Assembly: GCA_964016885.1 (NCBI GenBank)
Contig: OZ024742.1
Span: forward strand, 24,180,001-24,244,000
DNA from: Eledone cirrhosa
Taxonomy: Eukaryota
Length of the DNA: 64,000 nucleotides
Direction of reading: 5' to 3'
Part shown: positions 58,520 through 64,000 of the stretch, piece by piece
Layout: each line of letters starts with the position of its first letter
Position numbering within the stretch: the stretch's first letter is position 1
Translations under genes and position numbers: made by a program
Notes under the pieces: generated by a model
What the model was told of the DNA's origin: nothing
What the model saw: only the letters and a program-made list of their open reading frames with translations
Database searches by the model: none

Positions 58520-61500
58520 TCTAATGGGAGTATTTTATCATGACACTAGCACTACCGCTTTATAGAGTCTACTGGGAGTATTTTATCATTACAGTAGCAC
58601 TACCACTTTACAGAGTCTAATGTGAGTATTTTATCATGACACTAGCACTACCACTTTATAGAGTCTAATGGGAGTATTTTATCATGACACTAGCACTACC
58701 ACTTTACAGAGTCTAATGTGAGTATTTTATCATGACACTAGCACTACCACTTTACAGAATCTAATGGGAGTATTTTATCATGACACTAACACTACCACTT
58801 TACAGAGTCTAATGGGAGTATTTTATCATGACACTAGCACTACCACTTTCCAGAGTCTAATGGGAGTATTTTATCATGACACTAGCACTACCACTTTCCA
58901 GAGTCTAATGGGAGTATTTTATCATGACACTAGCACTACCACTTTACAGAGTCTATTGGGAGTATTTTATCATGACACTAGCACTACCACTTTATAGAGT
59001 CTAATGGGAGTATTTTATCATGACACTAGCACTACCACTTTACAGAGTCTAATGGGAGTATTTTATTATGACACTAACACTACCACTTTACAAAGTCTAA
59101 TGGGAGTATTTTATCATGACACTAGCACTACCACTTTCCAGAGTCTAATGGAAGTATTTTATCATGGCACTAGCACTACCACTTTACAGAGTCTAATGGG
59201 AGTATTTTATCATGACACAAGCACTACCACTTTACAGAGTCTAATGGGAGTATTTTATCATGACACTAGCACTACCACTTTACAGGGTCTATTGGGAGTA
59301 TTTTATCATGACACTAGCACTACCACTTTATAGAGTCTAATGGGAGTATTTTATCATGACACTAGAACTTCCACTTCACAGAGTCTAATGGGAGTATTTT
59401 ATCATGACACTAACACTACCACTTTACGGAGTCTAATGGGAGTATTTTATCATTACACTAGCACTACCACTTTCCAGAATCTAATGGGAGTATTTTATCA
59501 TGACACTAACACTACCACTTTCCAGAGTCTAATGGGAGTATTTTATCATGACACTAGCACTACCACTTTACAGAGTCTAATGGGAGTATTTTATCATGAC
59601 ACTAGCACTACCACTTTATAGAGTCTAATTGGAGTATTTTATCATGACACTAGCACTACCACTTTACAGAGTCTAATCGGAGTATTTTATCATGACACTA
59701 ACACTACCACTTTATAGAGTCTAATGGGAGTATTTTATCATGACACTAGCACTACCACTTTACAGAGTCTAATGGGAGTATTTTATCATGACACTAGCAC
59801 TACCACTTTATAGAGTCTAATGAGAGTATTTTATCATGACACTAGCACTACCACTTTACAGAGTCTAATGGGAGTATTTTATCATGACCCTAAAACTACC
59901 ACTTTACAGAGTCTAATGGGAGTATTTTATCATAACACTAGCACTACCACTTTATAGAGTCTAATGAGAGTATTTTATCATGACACTAGCACTACCACTT
60001 TACAGAGTCTAATGGGAGTATTTTATCATGACACTAGCACTACCACTTTATAGAGTCTAATTGGAGTATTTTATCATGACACTAGCACTACCACTTTACA
60101 GAGTCTAATGGGAGTATTTTATCATGACACTAACACTACCACTTTATAGAGTCTAATGGGAGTATTTTATCATGACACTAGCACTACCACTTTACAGAGT
60201 CTAATGGGAGTATTTTATCATGACACTATCACTACCACTTTACAGAGTCTAATGGGAGTATTTTATCATGACACTAGCACTACCACTTTATAGAGTCTAA
60301 TGAGAGTATTTTATCATGACACTAGCACTACCACTTTACAGAGTCTAATGGGAGTATTTTATCATGACACTAACACTACCACTTTATAGAGTCTAATGGG
60401 AGTATTTTATCATGACACTAGCACTACCACTTTACAGAGTCTAATGGGAGTATTTTATCATGACACTATCACTACCACTTTACAGAGTCTAATGGGAGTA
60501 TTTTATCATAACACTAGCACTACCACTTTATAGAGTCTAATGAGAGTATTTTATCATGACACTAGCACTACCACTTTATAGAGTCTAATGGGAGTATTTT
60601 ATCATGACACTAGCACTACCACTTTACAGATTCTAATGGGAGTATTTTATCATGACACTAGCACTACCACTTTACAGAGTCTAATGGGAGTATTTTATCA
60701 TGACACTAGCACTACCACTTTACAGAATCTAATGGGAGTATTTTATCATGACACTAACACTACCACTTTACAGATTCTAATGGGAGTATTTTATCATGAC
60801 ACTAGCACTACCACTTTACAGAGTCTAATGGGAGTATTTTATCATGACACTAGCACTACCACTTTATAGAGTCTAATTGGAGTATTTTATCATGACACTA
60901 GCACTACCACTTTACAGAGTCTAATGGGAGTATTTTATCATGACACTAACACTACCACTTTATAGAGTCTAATGGGAGTATTTTATCATGACACTAGCAC
61001 TACCACTTTACAGAGTCTAATGGGAGTATTTTATCATGACACTATCACTACCACTTTACAGAGTCTAATGGGAGTATTTTATCATGACACTAGCACTACC
61101 ACTTTATAGAGTCTAATGAGAGTATTTTATCATGACACTAGCACTACCACTTTACAGAGTCTAATGGGAGTATTTTATCATGACCTTAACACTACCACTT
61201 TACAGAGTCTAATGGGAGTATTTTATCATAACACTAGCACTACCACTTTATAGAGTCTAATGAGAGTATTTTATCATGACACTAGCACTACCACTTTATA
61301 GAGTCTAATGGGAGTATTTTATCATGACACTAGCACTACCACTTTACAGATTCTAATGGGAGTATTTTATCATGACACTAGCACTACCACTTTACAGAGT
61401 CTAATGGGAGTATTTTATCATGACACTAGCACTACCACTTTACAGAATCTAATGGGAGTATTTTATCATGACACTAACACTACCACTTTACAGATTCTAA

Positions 61501-64000
61501 TGGGAGTATTTTATCATGACACTAGCACTACCACTTTCCAGAGTCTAATGGGAGTATTTTATCATGACACTAGCACTACCACTTTACAGAGTCTATTGGG
61601 AGTATTTTATCATGACACTAGCACTACCACTTTCCAGAGTCTAATGGGAGTATTTTATCATGACACTAGCACTACCACTTTACAGAGTCTATTGGGAGTA
61701 TTTTATCATGACACTAGCACTAACACTTTATAGAGTCTAATGGGAGTATTTTATCATGACACTAGCACTACCACTTTACAGAGTCTAATGGGAGTATTTT
61801 ATCATGACACTAACACTACCACTTTATAGAGTCTAATGGGAGTATTTTATCATTACACTAGCACTACCACTTTATAGAGTCTAATGGGAGTATTTTATCA
61901 TGACACTAGCACTACCACTTTACAGAGTCTAATGGGAGTATTTTATCATGACACTAACACTACCACTTTATAGAGTCTAATGGGAGTATTTTATCATGAC
62001 ACTAGCACTACCACTTTACAGAGTCTAATGGGAGTATTTTATCATGACACTATCACTACCACTTTACAGAGTCTAATGGGAGTATTTTATCATAACACTA
62101 GCACTACCACTTTATAGAGTCTAATGAGAGTATTTTATCATGACACTAGCACTACCACTTTATAGAGTCTAATGGGAGTATTTTATCATTACACTAGCAC
62201 TACCACTTTATAGAGTCTAATGGGAGTATTTTATCATGACACTAGCACTACCACTTTACAGAGTCTAATGGGAGTATTTTATCATGACACTAACACTACC
62301 ACTTTATAGAGTCTAATGGGAGTATTTTATCATGACACTAGCACTACCACTTTACAGAGTCTAATGGGAGTATTTTATCATGACACTATCACTACCACTT
62401 TACAGAGTCTAATGGGAGTATTTTATCATAACACTAGCACTACCACTTTATAGAGTCTAATGAGAGTATTTTATCATGACACTAGCACTACCACTTTATA
62501 GAGTCTAATGGGAGTATTTTAACATGACACTAGCACTACCACTTTACAGAGTCTAATGGGAGTATTTTATCATGACACTAGCACTACCACTTTACAGAGT
62601 CTAATGGGAGTATTTTATCATGACACTATCACTACCACTTTACAGAGTCTAACGGGAGTATTTTATCATGACCCTAACACTACCACTTTACAGAGTCTAA
62701 TGGGAGTATTTTATCATGACACTAGCACTACCGCTTTATAGAGTCTAATGGGAGTATTTTATCATGACAGTAGCACTACCACTTTACAGAGTCTAATGGG
62801 AGTATTTTATCATGACACTAGCACTACCACTTTATAGAGTCTAATGGGAGTATTTTATCATAACACTAGCACTACCACTTTACAGAGTCTAATGTGAGTA
62901 TTTTATCATGACACTAGCACTACCACTTTACAGAATCTAATGGGAGTATTTTATCATGACACTAACACTACCACTTTACAGAGTCTAATGGGAGTATTTT
63001 ATCATGACACTAGCACTACCACTTTCCAGAGTCTAATGGGAGTATTTTATCATGACACTAGCACTACCACTTTCCAGAGTCTAATGGGAGTATTTTATCA
63101 TGACACTAGCACTACCACTTTACAGAGTCTATTGGGAGTATTTTATCATGACACTAGCACTACCGCTTTATAGAGTCTAATGGGAGTATTTTATCATGAC
63201 ACTAGGACTACCACTTTACAGAGTCTAATGGGAGTATTTTATTATGACACTAACACTACCACTTTACAAAGTCTACTGGGAGTATTTTATCATGACACTA
63301 GCACTACCACTTTCCAGAGTCTAATGGAAGTATTTTATCATGACACTAGCACTACCACTTTACAGAGTCTAATGGGAGTATTTTATCATGACACTAGCAC
63401 TACCACTTTACAGAGTCTAATGGGAGTATTTTATCATGACACTAGCACTACCACTTTACAGAGTCTAATGGGAGTATTTTATCATGACACTAGCACTACC
63501 ACTTTACAGAGTCTATTGGGAGTATTTTATCATGACACTAGCACTACCACTTTATAGAGTCTAATGGGAGTATTTTATCATGACACTAGAACTTCCACTT
63601 CACAGAGTCTAATGGGAGTATTTTATCATGACACTAACACTACCACTTTACGGAGTCTAATGGGAGTATTTTATCATTACACTAGCACTACCACTTTCCA
63701 GAATCTAATGGGAGTATTTTATCATGACACTAACACTACCACTTTCCAGAGTCTAATGGGAGTATTTTATCATGACACTAGCACTACCACTTTACAGAGT
63801 CTAATGGGAGTATTTTATCATGACACTAGCACTACCACTTTATAGAGTCTAATTGGAGTATTTTATCATGACACTAGCACTACCACTTTACAGAGTCTAA
63901 TGGGAGTATTTTATCATGACACTAACACTACCACTTTATAGAGTCTAATGGGAGTATTTTATCATGACACTAGCACTACCACTTTACAGAGTCTAATGGG
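58520..64000. repeat. Dispersed higher-order copy (about 58.5-59.8 kb repeated at +4176/+4224 bp) with smaller 720-bp and 336-bp repeats in between
   Basis: ORFs 58764/62940, 59004/63180 and 59340/63564. The divergent monomer ACTAGAACTTCCACTTCACAG and the variant TTACGGAG occur in both. Inner pairs are 60588/61308 and CATTAC at ~61854/62190. Confidence 0.85.

Larger units (their letters stand above)
1..64000. repeat. 48-bp tandem repeat array (satellite DNA), about 1,333 head-to-tail monomers, running off both window edges
   Basis: Consensus ATGGGAGTATTTTATCATGACACTAGCACTACCACTTTACAGAGTCTA recurs every 48 bp. The ATG falls at position 16 mod 48 up to 18.78 kb and shifts only at the 12 indels. 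Most copies differ from consensus by 0-2 substitutions. No inversion or foreign insert was seen. Confidence 0.99.

Noticed and set aside
256-63845. The many short ORFs of (MGVFYHDTSTTTLQSL)n as protein-coding genes
   Set aside because: They arise because the monomer is 16 codons with an ATG. Their lengths simply follow the spacing of the CAG>TAG variant. Variants are mostly non-synonymous, stops and frameshifts are amplified, and there is no unique domain, signal peptide or gene context.
1-64000. CRISPR array
   Set aside because: There are no unique spacers, since all 48 bp are repeated, and no leader or cas genes are visible.
1-64000. Telomerase-type telomeric repeat or G-quadruplex array
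   Set aside because: The unit is long, has little G/C strand skew (8 G vs 10 C) and only one GGG per 48 bp. Variants propagate in kb-sized blocks, as expected from recombination rather than from template copying.
1-64000. Human 48-bp CER (D22Z3-type) satellite or another named satellite
   Set aside because: Only the period matches. I do not recognise the sequence as that family and cannot run a search, so no name is assigned.
1-64000. Coding in other frames or on the minus strand
   Set aside because: Each of the other five frames has at least one stop per consensus monomer under the standard code. Frame +2 makes the C/T variant silent (TAC/TAT) but has TAA in each unit and TGA in the ATGAGA variant.
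1-64000. Entire array as a synthetic or rolling-circle amplification artefact
   Set aside because: Hierarchical, shared and position-dependent variants imply an evolutionary history. Individual duplications could still be assembly errors.

Overview
The whole 64 kb window is one uninterrupted head-to-tail tandem array of a 48-bp monomer, about 1,333 copies, all in one orientation. The consensus is ATGGGAGTATTTTATCATGACACTAGCACTACCACTTTACAGAGTCTA (37.5% GC, no CpG). I see no unique sequence, gene, RNA gene, transposon or CRISPR spacer. The array looks like eukaryotic satellite DNA, but I cannot name the family or organism. The many ORFs in the track are a by-product of a 16-codon monomer whose +1 frame is closed by a common CAG>TAG variant. 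The real information lies in the order of variant monomers. (i) There are only 12 indels, 9 of them the same +A insertion, confined to 18.8-37.4 kb. (ii) There are nested near-identical duplications of about 0.3-4.6 kb, one with its breakpoint mappable to about 24 bp. (iii) Two variant families alternate A-B-A-B along the window, suggesting an older large duplication. (iv) The monomer has imperfect dyad symmetry. I found no convincing new biological system. A recoded giant-ORF idea is recorded, but the evidence weighs against it. All comparisons were made by eye and need computational confirmation.
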